The translations under genes and the position numbers were made by a program. The notes below the pieces were generated by a model. That model was not told where the DNA came from. It was given only the letters and a program-made list of their open reading frames with translations, and did not search any database. Source: Paraspadella gotoi (lineage: Eukaryota > Animalia > Chaetognatha). From it: 20,916 nt of DNA. Every line of letters starts with the position of its first letter. The stretch's first letter is position 1. The DNA is taken from contig JBJCIZ010000002.1 of assembly GCA_051294375.1 (NCBI GenBank), positions 1-20,916 on the forward strand, given 5' to 3'. Of this stretch, positions 19,641-20,916 are shown piece after piece.

Positions 19641-20916
19641 TCAGTAGATGGATCTTGTTTTTTCGTGCTTGGCATTACACTGTAATTTCTCCCCGTTTTT
19701 GTTTATATAGGTTCCCTGTTGCATATAAATAGGCGCGGGTTGCAACTCGTCGTCGGGGATGTTTGTACGATGTGATGGTGAATCGAATGACGGAATAAAT
19801 ACCTTTCCTCTAAATTTGAATGGGTAAGTCCTTAAGGTCCGGGATCACTCAATTCAAATTATAATTAGGCTAAAACCAAGCTCGGATTTCGAAAGGAGAG
19901 CTCCTGACGATTCCGAAAAATGTATTTCACTTTACTATTTTTTCCAAGGCGTCATCGTTTTTTTCGATTTTTTTTTGTACTATATAAAATAAAAGAAACC
20001 TATTTGAAGAGTTTGCAGACCAAACGGTAAGGCGGTTTCTCATGAAATTTGGCATGAATTATCTTTAGGTCACGGACTCCAATTCTATGAAAAGATACTT
20101 TCAAAATTTGCCTTCCTTCAATAGAAAATTTTATTATTTAGTCAATTTTTGGGATTAATTCCTTGATATCTTTGAAACGAAAAAGTTTTTCCAAAACAGC
20201 GCTCATAGAATCTCCCCACCTTTCCTTTCTTGCCCAAGATATTTTTTTTCTTCAAGAAGAGTCCAACGGTTTGAGCTGCAACTCTTCGTTTTTAACTTCT
20301 CTTCGTTAAGAAAGTTAAATTCTGTACTCATTACTCTTGCAAGATTCACTTCAACATACACAAACACGGGATGTGTGATGGAGTTTGTTCAACGCCGATG
20401 TCTTAAAAAAAACGGCTTACTGTTTTTAATTTTCTTAATCCAGGTTTGATTTTTTTTCAGAGATTCCCTAGAAAATAGGGCAACTATTTTATGATATAAA
20501 CATTTACATAAGTAAAAGTCAAATTGAAATAAATTGGATAACTCATAAAAACTCATAAAAGCATAAAAACCCGTCAGGAAAATGTGTAGATTGTTTATTT
20601 TAGACTTATTAGTGATACACTCCAAGTACGTACTTGCACCAAAAGAAGAATTACTTACTTACTTACTTACTTTTACTTACTGTAAAGAATCAGTTTTTAA
20701 GTTAAAAATTTGGTTGTAAAATTTACCTTACATTTAAAAAAATATTTTTTCTCTTGAAAATCTAGTTTTACCGAAGAAAAAATTTTGTTTAAATTTTTAT
20801 GAACATTTTAGGTAGATTTTTAAAAGTTTTCAAATATTTTTTAATAGAAAACCTCTTACGGGACGCGAGAAAATAATTAATATACATTAAATTGAGATTT
20901 CTACAATTTTAGGTTG
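19339..20916. repeat. Copy 2 of the duplication, after a 25-N gap (likely assembly artefact)
   Basis: Starts at the gap edge and ends on the same base as copy 1. Confidence 0.97.

Overview
This is eukaryotic, probably invertebrate, transposon-dense DNA with no confidently identifiable host gene. The dominant feature is a full-length + strand Ty3/Gypsy LTR retrotransposon of the CsRn1 type (~4.4-10.8 kb). It has two LTRs, a tRNA-Trp-like PBS, a gag with a CHCC knuckle, a candidate -1 frameshift signal, and pol in PR-RT-RH-IN order. It is flanked by heavily frameshifted - strand Penelope-like (PLE) remnants: a near full-length RT + GIY-YIG copy at ~0.1-2.8 kb and GIY-YIG 3'-end copies at ~3.2-3.6, 10.8-11.0 and 11.9-12.4 kb. 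The right half holds a possible Tc1/mariner remnant, a ~765-bp inverted repeat whose unit carries a hammerhead-like motif (third copy at 16.8-17.1 kb), HINE/DINE-1-like termini with internal tandem repeats, an 18-bp minisatellite, and an unexplained single-pass membrane ORF. The last 1.58 kb is duplicated across a 25-N gap and is most likely an assembly artefact. Dense 1-bp indels suggest unpolished long-read sequence, so many calls are motif reconstructions across frameshifts. I see no firm evidence of a new biological system; the best leads are the hammerhead-like palindromic repeat and the membrane ORF.
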